Positions 45,768 through 54,010 of a stretch of 64,000 nt of DNA are shown piece by piece; within the stretch, counting starts at the first letter, position 1; the number at the start of each line of letters is the position of its first letter. The translations under genes and the position numbers were made by a program. The notes beneath the pieces were generated by a model that was not told the DNA's origin, did not search any database, and saw only the letters and a program-made list of their open reading frames with translations. This stretch comes from Oscillospiraceae bacterium (GTDB lineage: Bacteria > Bacillota > Clostridia > Oscillospirales > Oscillospiraceae), in the NCBI GenBank assembly GCA_017540645.1, contig JAFYAQ010000010.1:25785-89784 (forward strand), read 5' to 3'.

Positions 45768-46622
45768 ATGGTGCTTCCTATGACTATTCACCAGATAATA
45801 AAAGAAAAATTTCCCGATTTAACAAAGTCCGAGAGAAAAGTGGCTTCATTTTGTCTTGGCCATTTTGTTGATTTTTCTGTTTTGACACTTATTGAGCTGT
45901 CAAATTTGATTGGAACCAGTACGACCACTGTTATTCGGTTTTGCAATCATCTGGGGTTTGATAGTTTTAAAAACTTCCAGACTTGCCTTAAGAATGAAAT
46001 AAATATAATGCCCACTTTGAGCGAGCGCTTTCAACTCTCACTCAAAGTGGACGCCGACTCTGTTTTTACCAATACGATCAGTCACAGTGTCGAGTGTATT
46101 GAATCCACTTTCTCTTCCATAGACTTTGAGAAGATCGATCAGGTCGTTGATGAGATCAACCATGCAAGGCGCGTATTTCTTTTCGGTATGAAAGAATCAC
46201 AAGCCCTTGTTCATTACGCATACACCCGTCTATATGATATTCGCGGCGATGTATTTTTATTGGACTCTATTTACAGCGGCGACGCGGAGATCGCACTTGA
46301 TATTAATTCAAGTGATATTTGTATTGTTTTTCTTTTTCATCGATACACATATACTTCTGTAAAAACTCTTCCTTTCTTAAAGTCGCGAAATGCTAAGGTT
46401 GTTCTTATTACGAATTCTCCTTCGGAATCTATTGAACAATATGGAGATAGTGTCATTTGCTGTGATGTGAGCGGTATCGGAATAAAGAACTGTTATGCTG
46501 CTCCGATCTGTCTTTGCGACTGTATTGGGAACAAGCTGGCCTCCTTAAATCCGGAAAAGGTGCAAAACCGTACAAATGAGCTTGAATTATTATATAAGAA
46601 CTATTCTTTTTTAGGCAGTTAA
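45768..46622 (+). CDS. MurR/RpiR family transcriptional regulator
   Basis: HTH_6 N-terminus (LTKSERKVASFCL..LIELSNLIGTSTTTVIRFCNHLGF) followed by a SIS domain. The start could be ATG 45768 or 45780. Confidence 0.85.
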   Translation: MVLPMTIHQIIKEKFPDLTKSERKVASFCLGHFVDFSVLTLIELSNLIGTSTTTVIRFCNHLGFDSFKNFQTCLKNEINIMPTLSERFQLSLKVDADSVFTNTISHSVECIESTFSSIDFEKIDQVVDEINHARRVFLFGMKESQALVHYAYTRLYDIRGDVFLLDSIYSGDAEIALDINSSDICIVFLFHRYTYTSVKTLPFLKSRNAKVVLITNSPSESIEQYGDSVICCDVSGIGIKNCYAAPICLCDCIGNKLASLNPEKVQNRTNELELLYKNYSFLGS

Positions 46623-46834
46623 CGATATCTTAGTTAAAAGGATAATTGCTGACCATTAAGAATCATTCTTCTTCCGTGTAAAAACCACCTATATGCATCT
46701 GTCCCAGAGAAAGGCCTCCCTCTCCCCCCGCCGCGCAGTTCTTGGATTACGTCCTTGACAGCCGCTGGCACGGAAATATCTTCCCCTGCGATACTATGCC
46801 GCAACCCTGGTATGGCTTTCTTGTCTTTATAAAG

Positions 46835-46881
46835 GCCCAGGCGCCATGTCCGCTCAACGGGAGCGGACATGGCGCCTGGGC
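46835..46881 (-). terminator. 21-bp perfect hairpin downstream of tRNA-Arg
   Basis: gcccaggcgccatgtccgctc aacgg gagcggacatggcgcctgggc; followed on the minus strand by cTTTaTaaag. Confidence 0.5.
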
Positions 46882-46939
46882 TACTGCTCGGTGCATACGG
46901 CCAAAAAGGGAGAGCCGCCTGATGGCGGCCCTCTATTAT

Positions 46940-47016
46940 TGGCACCCACGGGAGGATTCGAACCTCTGGCCTGCCGCTTAGGAGGCGGCCGCTCTATCCT
47001 GCTGAGCTACGTGGGC
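46940..47016 (-). tRNA. tRNA-Arg (anticodon CCT), CCA encoded
   Basis: The minus strand GCCCACGTAGCTCAGCAGGATAGAGCGGCCGCCTCCTAAGCGGCAGGCCAGAGGTTCGAATCCTCCCGTGGGTGCCA folds as a cloverleaf. Anticodon stem GCCGC/GCGGC, loop CTCCTAA, T-loop TTCGAAT. Confidence 0.9.
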
Positions 47017-47026
47017 CTGTGGCTGT

Positions 47027-47797
47027 TTACTTTTTCCGGTTCTTTTCCCAGAGAACAGCTAGCCCCTTCAGCAGCAGATCCGGCTCATAGCGGATCTCCC
47101 GGCGGCAGCAGGCCACCACCCGTCCGGCCAGACCGCCGGTGGCGATCACCGTGGCGGGAGCGCCCAGCTCCTCCTCCATCCGGTCGATCATGCCGTCCAG
47201 CATGGCCGCGGAGCCGAAGATCGCCCCGGACTGCATGCAGGCCACCGTATTGGTGCCGATGCACTTTGCGGGGGCGTCCAGAGACACATTGGGGAGCTGC
47301 GAGGTCCCGGAGGAGAGCGCGTTCATAGAAAGACGCAGTCCCGGGAGAATGGCTCCGCCCACGAAATGCCCGTCCTTATCCACGGCGGTGACGGTGGTGG
47401 CGGTGCCCATGTCGATGACGATCAGCGGCGGCGCGCTCAGGGCCAGAGCGGCCACCGCGCCCACCACCAGATCGGCTCCCACCTGTCCGGGATCGTCGAT
47501 CCGGATGTCCAGACCGGTTTTCAGCCCCCGGCCCACCACCAGCGGCTGCTTGCCGGTGAGCATCTCCGCCGCCCGGCTGAGAGTGGTGTTCAGAGGCCAT
47601 ACCACGCTGGAGAGGATGGCCCCCTCCAGGGCGGACACATCCACGCCGCGGAGACCCAGGATCTCCCCGATCAGCATGGCGTATTCATCCTCAGTGCGCT
47701 CCGGGTCGGTGGAGATCCGGGCCGTGGTCCGGATCTCCCCGTTTTCGATGCAGCCGAGGACGATATTGGAGTTGCCTACGTCGATGGCAAGGATCAT
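47027..47797 (-). CDS. coaX: Type III pantothenate kinase
   Basis: MILAIDVGNSNIVLG, VIDMGTATT, IGTNTV, ATGGLA. Confidence 0.9.
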   Translation of the reverse strand: MILAIDVGNSNIVLGCIENGEIRTTARISTDPERTEDEYAMLIGEILGLRGVDVSALEGAILSSVVWPLNTTLSRAAEMLTGKQPLVVGRGLKTGLDIRIDDPGQVGADLVVGAVAALALSAPPLIVIDMGTATTVTAVDKDGHFVGGAILPGLRLSMNALSSGTSQLPNVSLDAPAKCIGTNTVACMQSGAIFGSAAMLDGMIDRMEEELGAPATVIATGGLAGRVVACCRREIRYEPDLLLKGLAVLWEKNRKK

Positions 47798-48378
47798 GCC
47801 TGTCTCCTCTGTCCGATACGGATCAGCCGCAGGATCACCGGGCTGAGAACGATGTTGATAAGCATCTCGATCAGGAAGTTGATGCCTACAAAACCCAGGA
47901 CCATGTAGGTACCCGCGTTCTCAAAGCCCGCGGCGGCGCCCCATTCCCGGATCGTGGGCAAGAAAAATACAAGGCAGCCCAACAGGAAAACTCCTGTGTT
48001 CATGACCGGCGCCGCGACAGCGGAGGCCACAACGCCCAGCATGGGACGCTTGGAAAGTGCCTTGTACACCAGGCCGGACACAAAACCGGCGAAGGTACCC
48101 TTCAGCAAAACCGTGATGACCGTGCCAAGGATATTGACGGCCCAGAAAGGCGCCGCATCGCCGCTGATAAGCACGATCACTCCGAACACAAAGCCCAGCC
48201 AGGCGCCGGCTTCCACGCCGTAGAGAGCGGCGCCCACCACGATGGGGATCAGTGCCAGGGTAAAGGTGAAAATGCCCACGTGACCGACGGCGGCGGAGAC
48301 CCATTCCAGCACAACGACGATGGCGGTAAAGATCGCCATACCTACCAGCTTGTGGACGTCGAACGGTTTTTTATTCAT
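47794..48378 (-). CDS. ECF transporter S component (pantothenate-type suggested by coaX linkage)
   Basis: Start at MNKKPFDVHKL (ATG 48378, GGAGG RBS). ~194 aa with 5-6 TM helices, overlapping the coaX start. Confidence 0.75.
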   Translation of the reverse strand: MNKKPFDVHKLVGMAIFTAIVVVLEWVSAAVGHVGIFTFTLALIPIVVGAALYGVEAGAWLGFVFGVIVLISGDAAPFWAVNILGTVITVLLKGTFAGFVSGLVYKALSKRPMLGVVASAVAAPVMNTGVFLLGCLVFFLPTIREWGAAAGFENAGTYMVLGFVGINFLIEMLINIVLSPVILRLIRIGQRRQA

Positions 48379-48439
48379 TTTTCTACCTCCTGCTGTTGCT
48401 CCGGTCAAGCCGGATGCAGCGCAAAAAATTACGGTGGAT

Positions 48440-48468
48440 ATTATAGCGCGGTTTTCCCCGCCCGTCAA
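48440..48468 (-). promoter_or_regulatory. Sigma-A promoter for the ECF-S/coaX genes
   Basis: Minus strand: TTGACG, 17 nt, TATAAT. Confidence 0.7.
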
Positions 48469-48526
48469 GAATAGGTTTGGATCCGAAGGGCCGCTCCTGC
48501 CGGAGCGGCCCGATTTATATTGTATC

Positions 48527-48973
48527 TTACATAAGTCCCGCGGCTTCGGAGAGGGCGGTGAAGAGGCTCTCTATCTCCGTGCCGGTCCAGTCTCTGCGGT
48601 GGCCCGGCTCGTTCATCAGCCCCAGATCTGCCCCGGAGCAGAGCTTTTCCGCCGCCCAGCGGAGCCGGGACAGCCGCGGCTCCAGGACCGCCGGGTCCAT
48701 GCCCTCCGCCGCCCGGCGGGCGGTCTCCGGGTCCTGGCCGCCGTCGACCCAGGCGCTCAGCAGCTTTTCCGCCCAGCGGATGGCTCCCACGGTGCCCGCC
48801 GCGGCGGGGTCGTACTCGGCGGCGATCCGCTCCAGCACCTGCCGCAGCTCGACTTCTTCTTCCGCCGGCTGGGTCACGGGCGGTACCGGTTCCGGGAAGT
48901 CCGTCTCCGGGATCTCCCCCAGGGCGGCGGTCAGCATCTGTGTTGCCAGCAGCAGCAAAATCAGTCTGCGCAT
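48527..48973 (-). CDS. Small secreted hypothetical protein
   Basis: 148 aa; signal-peptide-like MRRLILLLLATQMLTAALG. Sits 4 nt downstream of the ABC permease gene. Confidence 0.6.
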   Translation of the reverse strand: MRRLILLLLATQMLTAALGEIPETDFPEPVPPVTQPAEEEVELRQVLERIAAEYDPAAAGTVGAIRWAEKLLSAWVDGGQDPETARRAAEGMDPAVLEPRLSRLRWAAEKLCSGADLGLMNEPGHRRDWTGTEIESLFTALSEAAGLM

Positions 48974-48977
48974 CGCC

Positions 48978-50912
48978 TCACCACTCCGATTCTTCCGGCG
49001 TCAGGGTGCCGGTAAAATTGCCCCGGTCGTCCAGCTCCACGCCGTGCCTCTGCAGCCAGGCGATGGTCCGGTGGGCGTCCGCCGTCACCCGGCCATACCA
49101 GTACCAATACTGATCCGGGTTGTCCATCCCCAGGTTGATGGTCACGGTGCTCGCCGCGGGCAGGTCCTGCTGGTACTGGGGCCGCAGCCGCAGATAGCCC
49201 AGAGAGCTGTCCTTGAAGTCCGGGAAAATGGCCTGGGTGCACAGCTCATAGACCTCGCTCCGGTCCAGGAACAGAAGGTCATCGTACAGATAGTATCCCC
49301 ACTCGTCCAGGGCTCCGGCTCCCACATTGCCCCAGCCGGTGGTCTCCGGCCGGAGGAGGAAGCCCTCCGCGGGCAGACAGCGCTGCTCCACCGCCTCGTT
49401 GGTGTTCACCAGTGTCTCCAGCTGCGCCAGAGCCGGGTTCTTTTCGCCGCCGGTATAGCTGGTGTCCCCGTTGGAGGCCCAGGCCATCTCCCCGGAGGGG
49501 GCCGCGTACTCCCGGGTCAGAAGGATCCCCCCATCCTTATCGAAATATTGGATGATCAGGGTGCCGCCGGGGTTGTAGCCGTAAGCGTAGCCCATGCCGC
49601 CGGAGGCGTAGCGGGGATCGTCGCTGCGCTGGAACAGGGCCTTGTTCTCCACCACGGTCCGGTGCAGCTCCCGGACTTTGGCGATGTTTTCGGGGTCTTT
49701 ATAGGCCGTGTTGTTCACGCCCACCTCGTAGCAGCTGACGCTGACAGAGCCGATCTTCTCCTCGGCCGGGATGCTCCGCTCCACGCCGAAGAGATCCAGC
49801 TTGCAGCCCAGCACCGCCAGCAGTGCCAGCGCCGCCCAGACGCCGTAGCCCGGCCAGTGCCGGTCAAACACCCGCAGCGACTTCTGCAGCAGCATCTGTG
49901 CGCCGAACCAGCCCACGAAGCCGCCCAGCAGCAGCATAAAGAACAGCAGCAGCACCTTGGGCCCGGAGCCGTTCCCGGCGTAATAGCCGGTGTAGCCGAA
50001 CACAGTGCGCAGCAGCAGCATGCCTCCCGCGCAGCCCGCTGCCAGCGCCGCCCCGGCCCGGAACGCGGGCCGCAGCAGGCGCACCGCGATCACGTCGCCC
50101 GCCGCCTCGGCGGGACGGTTCCGGAGCAGGACCAGCGCCAGGGCGATAAAGACCACTCCCGCCGCCAGATATCCCAGCACGGTCCACCGGCCGGCGAATT
50201 CAATGGTATAGCGCAGCGGCGAACCGGTGAAAGCGTCGAATTCCGCCACTTCGGTCCACAGCAGGTTATAGCTGAAGCGCTTCAGATAGTACAGCGGGGA
50301 GAGGACCGTCAGCTTCCACTGCTGGTTCCCCAGGCCGAAGATCAGATACTGGGCCATGGTCCGCACGCTGGCCTCCAGGGCCACGGCGGCATACAGTCCC
50401 AGGGCGTACAGCGCCGGGACGGCCAGACTGTGGCCGGTGAGGACCGCGCAGAGAGAGGCAAAGCCGAAATAGGCCCCGGTCAGCGCCGCCGTGATCCAAA
50501 ACCAGCGGCCCATGACGGGGAAGAGCTGCCCCGGCGTGCCGGCGAACAGGGGCGTCAGCAGGGCGCACAGGCCCTCGGCGCCCAGCAGCAGCACGAGTGC
50601 CGCCGCGCCCTGGGACAGGAAGAGGGCGCTGCGCTTCACCGGCAGGGCGGCCATGAATGCCGCGTCCCGGACGGCGTGAAGGTATCGGTAGGCCAGCATG
50701 GCCGCCGCGCAGGCGAACACCGCCGGGAGCGGCGATTGCAGAGCCAGCTGCAGGATGGCATAGGCTCGGTCGTACGCCGCGGGCGACGCGTTTTGCAGCG
50801 ATGCCATGCACTGATACAGCAGGGCCGCGGCCATGGCCAGGGCCATGGGCCACCAGCGGCGCAATGCCCTGCCAAACAGGGCCGTATCAAAGAAGGATGT
50901 CCTGGACGCCAT
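48978..50912 (-). CDS. ABC-2-type transporter permease with a large C-terminal extracytoplasmic domain
   Basis: Start at MASRTSFFD (ATG 50912, GGAGG 8 nt upstream). ~10 TM segments, then a ~250-aa soluble tail. Confidence 0.75.
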   Translation of the reverse strand: MASRTSFFDTALFGRALRRWWPMALAMAAALLYQCMASLQNASPAAYDRAYAILQLALQSPLPAVFACAAAMLAYRYLHAVRDAAFMAALPVKRSALFLSQGAAALVLLLGAEGLCALLTPLFAGTPGQLFPVMGRWFWITAALTGAYFGFASLCAVLTGHSLAVPALYALGLYAAVALEASVRTMAQYLIFGLGNQQWKLTVLSPLYYLKRFSYNLLWTEVAEFDAFTGSPLRYTIEFAGRWTVLGYLAAGVVFIALALVLLRNRPAEAAGDVIAVRLLRPAFRAGAALAAGCAGGMLLLRTVFGYTGYYAGNGSGPKVLLLFFMLLLGGFVGWFGAQMLLQKSLRVFDRHWPGYGVWAALALLAVLGCKLDLFGVERSIPAEEKIGSVSVSCYEVGVNNTAYKDPENIAKVRELHRTVVENKALFQRSDDPRYASGGMGYAYGYNPGGTLIIQYFDKDGGILLTREYAAPSGEMAWASNGDTSYTGGEKNPALAQLETLVNTNEAVEQRCLPAEGFLLRPETTGWGNVGAGALDEWGYYLYDDLLFLDRSEVYELCTQAIFPDFKDSSLGYLRLRPQYQQDLPAASTVTINLGMDNPDQYWYWYGRVTADAHRTIAWLQRHGVELDDRGNFTGTLTPEESEW

Positions 50913-51780
50913 GGTCCTCACCTCCCAGTTCATAGATAAAGATCTCCTCCAGCGTCAGGGGCTGGGCGTCCAGAAATTGGGGCTCCGCCTCCCGCAGTCT
51001 GGCGCGCAGCTCCTCTTCCCGGCCCCGGAGGATCAGGGTGATCAGCTTTCCCGTCCGGCTCTGGGACAGGATGTCCAGCCCCTGGGGCAGGGTCGCCCCC
51101 TCCGGAAGCGCCAGGACGAACTTGGACGTATTCTCCTGCAGCTCCGCCACGGGGGACTGGAGCAGGACCTTTCCCTTCTGCAGGATGGCCACATGGTCGC
51201 ACACGTCCTCCAGCTCCCGCAGGTTGTGGCTGGAAATCAGCACCGTCATCTCCCGGTCCGCCACCTCCGAGAGGATCAGCTTCCAGACCTGACGGCGCAT
51301 CAGGGGGTCCAGGCCGTCCACCGGCTCGTCCAGGATCAGCACCTCCGGCCGGGCGGACAGGGCCAGCCAGAAGGCCGACTGCTTTTTCCGGCCCCGGCTG
51401 AGCCGCCGGATGGGCTGGGCCTCGTTCAGGGAAAAGACGTTCCACAGGGCCTCGTAGCGCTTCTCGTCAAAGCCGGGGTAGATCCGGCGGTAAAACTCCA
51501 TCATGTCCCGGGTGGAGGCCCCGGCAAAGCACCAGGGCTCGTCCGGGATGCAGAAAAAGCGGCTCTTCACTCCGGGCTCGTCCCAGACCGGCTCCCCGCC
51601 GATATGTACCTGGCCCGCCTCCGGCTTCAGCATGCCGGTGATGCAGCGGATGGCGGTGGTCTTTCCCGCTCCGTTGGGCCCGATCAGGCCGAAAACGGCG
51701 CCCCGGGGCACGCGGATGCTCACATCATCCAGCGCCGCAAAGTCCCCAAAGCGTTTGGTGACGCTTTTCAGTTCGATCAT
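50887..51780 (-). CDS. ABC transporter ATP-binding protein
   Basis: Walker A GPNGAGKTT, signature LSRGRKKQ, Walker B LILDEP. Confidence 0.9.
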   Translation of the reverse strand: MIELKSVTKRFGDFAALDDVSIRVPRGAVFGLIGPNGAGKTTAIRCITGMLKPEAGQVHIGGEPVWDEPGVKSRFFCIPDEPWCFAGASTRDMMEFYRRIYPGFDEKRYEALWNVFSLNEAQPIRRLSRGRKKQSAFWLALSARPEVLILDEPVDGLDPLMRRQVWKLILSEVADREMTVLISSHNLRELEDVCDHVAILQKGKVLLQSPVAELQENTSKFVLALPEGATLPQGLDILSQSRTGKLITLILRGREEELRARLREAEPQFLDAQPLTLEEIFIYELGGEDHGVQDILL

Positions 51781-52142
51781 GTTCCCTCACTCTCCTTCTC
51801 TATAGCGGCGGCGATCTCCTCATCGCTCAGCCCCAGCCAGCGCAGCTCCCGGCAGGTCTCCCGCAGCGTCCGCAGGAGCTCCCGCTTTCGCTCCGCGTTC
51901 TCCTCCCGGCGCTCGGCGGCAAAGCTGCCCTTGCCGGGCACGGAGACGATATAGTCCTCCGCCTCCAGCTCCCGGTAGGCCCGCTGGATGGTATTGGGGT
52001 TGATGGTCAGCGCGGTGGCCAGCTCCCGCACCGACGGCAGCTTTTCTCCCGGGGGCAGGGCCCCGGATACCACCAGCCGCCGCAGGCTGTCTTTCACCTG
52101 CTCATAGATGGGCCGGGGGTCTCGATAGTCTATATGGATCAT
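51777..52142 (-). CDS. GntR family (YtrA-like) transcriptional regulator
   Basis: Start at MIHIDYRDPRPIYEQVKDSL (ATG 52142). LPSVRELATALTINPNTIQRAYRELE wHTH; 121 aa. Confidence 0.85.
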   Translation of the reverse strand: MIHIDYRDPRPIYEQVKDSLRRLVVSGALPPGEKLPSVRELATALTINPNTIQRAYRELEAEDYIVSVPGKGSFAAERREENAERKRELLRTLRETCRELRWLGLSDEEIAAAIEKESEGT

Positions 52143-52170
52143 AGGCTCCAACTCCTGTGGAATCATCCGT

Positions 52171-52203
52171 GTTAACTGTACTAATATTAGTAACACAGTT
52201 AAT
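52171..52203. promoter_or_regulatory. Palindromic operator-like site upstream of the GntR gene
   Basis: GTTAACTGTACTAATATTAGTAACACAGTTAAT; the core TACTAATATTAGTA (52179-52192) is a perfect 14-bp palindrome, 29 nt (52171) to 61 nt (52203) upstream of the ATG. Confidence 0.5.
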
Positions 52204-52530
52204 ACAATCTGTCAAGCACAACTTTACAAAATAATGGAAAAACCGCTGTCGGCGGTCCCCGTTTGAGTCTCGGCGCGGGCTGTCTTAGCTGTTTTGCATA
52301 TTCTGGCTGCAAATTTTTGTGAATAATGCCCATATTTCAAGGTCAAAGGAGGGCCAGTATCCCCCGGTTCTCTCTTTTTTGGGGCGGTTCTCACCCGTTT
52401 TTCTCTCCTTCGCATTATGGAAATTGACGAGACCCCAAGGCCGAAAATTTGACAAATCCGCCCAACGGTGGTAAAACACCCGCAATCTCCGGGACGGACA
52501 GGTTCCCGAACGGAAAGGAGGTTTATCCTT

Positions 52531-54003
52531 ATGTATAATAATGAAACGATGATGCAGTATTTTGAATGGTACCTGCCCAACGACGGCTTCTGGTGGAAGC
52601 GCTGCGCCGCAAAGGCGGAGCATCTCGCCCGTCTGGGCATCAGCGCGGTCTGGCTTCCCCCCGCCTACAAGGGCACCTCCCAGGAGGACGTGGGATACGG
52701 CGTATATGATATGTATGATCTGGGAGAATTTGACCAGAAGGGCACGATCCGCACAAAGTACGGCACCAAAGAGGAATATATCGCGGCGATCCGCGCCTTT
52801 CATGAGGCGGGCATCCGCGTCTTCGCAGACATCGTGCTCAACCACCGGATGGGCGGCGACGAGCTGGAGGAGGTCAAGGCCGTGGGCGACTCCCCCGAGG
52901 ACCGCCTGCAGCAGGTGGACGGCAAGCAGACCGTGCGCGTCTGGTCCAAGTTCACCTTTCCCGGCCGGGGCGGCAAATACAGCCGCTTCACCTGGGACCA
53001 CCGGCACTTTACCGGTACGGACTGGGACGAGGACTCCCGGCGCACGGACCGGATCTACCGCTTCACCGGCAAGCACTGGGCGCCGGAAACGGACCCGGAG
53101 CGGGGCAATTTTGACTATCTGATGGGCATGAACGTGGATATGTCCAACCGAAGCGTGAAGCGGGAGACGGAAAAATGGCTGCGCTGGTATCTGGCCCAGA
53201 CCGGCGTGGACGGTCTACGGCTGGACGCGGTGAAGCACATCAGCTTTCCCTTTTACCGGGAGCTGCTGAAGCGTCTTCGCGCGGACGGCTACCCCGATCT
53301 CCCCGCGGTGGGAGAGTACTGGAGCGGCGATCCGGAGCGGCTGCTGCATTATCTGGACGCGGTGGACAACGAGATGTCCCTCTTCGACGTGGCGCTGCAT
53401 TACAATTTCTATCACGCCTCCCAGGCGGGAGCGGACTACGACCTGAGCGGCATCCTCTCCCATACGCTGGTGTCCGAGCGTCCCGACAAGGCGGTCACCT
53501 TTGTGGACAACCACGACACCCAGTACGGGCAGAGCCTGGAGTCCTTTGTGGCGGACTGGTTCAAGCCCCTGGCTTACGCCCTTATCCTCCTGCGGCAGGA
53601 GGGCGTTCCCTGTGTGTTCTATTCCGATTATTACGGCAACCCGGCAAAAAACCGCCCGCTGGTGCCGAATTTGGGAAAAATGATCCGGCTTCGCCGCGCC
53701 TATGCCTACGGCGATCAGAAGGATTTCTTTGACGATCCCCACTGCATCGGCTGGGTGCGCCGGGGCGACCGGGAGCACCCCGACTCCGGTCTGGCCGTCC
53801 TGCTCTCCAATGCGGGGGCCGGCGTCAAGCGCATGCGGATGGGCCTCCGCTTTGCCGGAGAGCGGTTTTATGACGCTCTCGGGGTCTTTCCGGAGCCGGT
53901 GCTGATCGACGCCGACGGCTGGGGAGAGTTCCGCTGCGCCGAAAACAGCGTCTCCCTCTGGGTCCGGGCCAACGCCTTTGAGGACCTGATCGTAAACGAG
54001 TGA
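52531..54003 (+). CDS. Cytoplasmic alpha-amylase (GH13)
   Basis: Start at MYNNETMMQYFEWY (RBS GGAAAGGAGG); no signal peptide. DIVLNHR, GLRLDAVKHI, VGEYW, FVDNHD conserved regions. Confidence 0.9.
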   Translation: MYNNETMMQYFEWYLPNDGFWWKRCAAKAEHLARLGISAVWLPPAYKGTSQEDVGYGVYDMYDLGEFDQKGTIRTKYGTKEEYIAAIRAFHEAGIRVFADIVLNHRMGGDELEEVKAVGDSPEDRLQQVDGKQTVRVWSKFTFPGRGGKYSRFTWDHRHFTGTDWDEDSRRTDRIYRFTGKHWAPETDPERGNFDYLMGMNVDMSNRSVKRETEKWLRWYLAQTGVDGLRLDAVKHISFPFYRELLKRLRADGYPDLPAVGEYWSGDPERLLHYLDAVDNEMSLFDVALHYNFYHASQAGADYDLSGILSHTLVSERPDKAVTFVDNHDTQYGQSLESFVADWFKPLAYALILLRQEGVPCVFYSDYYGNPAKNRPLVPNLGKMIRLRRAYAYGDQKDFFDDPHCIGWVRRGDREHPDSGLAVLLSNAGAGVKRMRMGLRFAGERFYDALGVFPEPVLIDADGWGEFRCAENSVSLWVRANAFEDLIVNE

Positions 54004-54010
54004 TTTCAAG

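Noticed and set aside
46766-46781. TGGCAC hexamer resembling a sigma-54 -24 element
   Set aside because: The -12 position reads TATCT rather than TTGC(A/T), and no gene follows in the right orientation.
40296-46939. att-type direct repeat of the tRNA-Arg 3' end, or an integrase gene, for the low-G+C island
   Set aside because: By eye I found no copy of the tRNA 3' segment (ggattcgaacc / cacccacggg) near 40.2-40.4 kb or elsewhere in the island, and no recombinase ORF. The island call rests only on composition and position.
48477-50939. 820-aa + strand ORF opposite the ABC-2 permease and small secreted protein genes
   Set aside because: It has the same shadow-ORF character (R/G/A/P/Q-rich, no motifs). 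The minus-strand genes have TM periodicity, RBSs and operon spacing.
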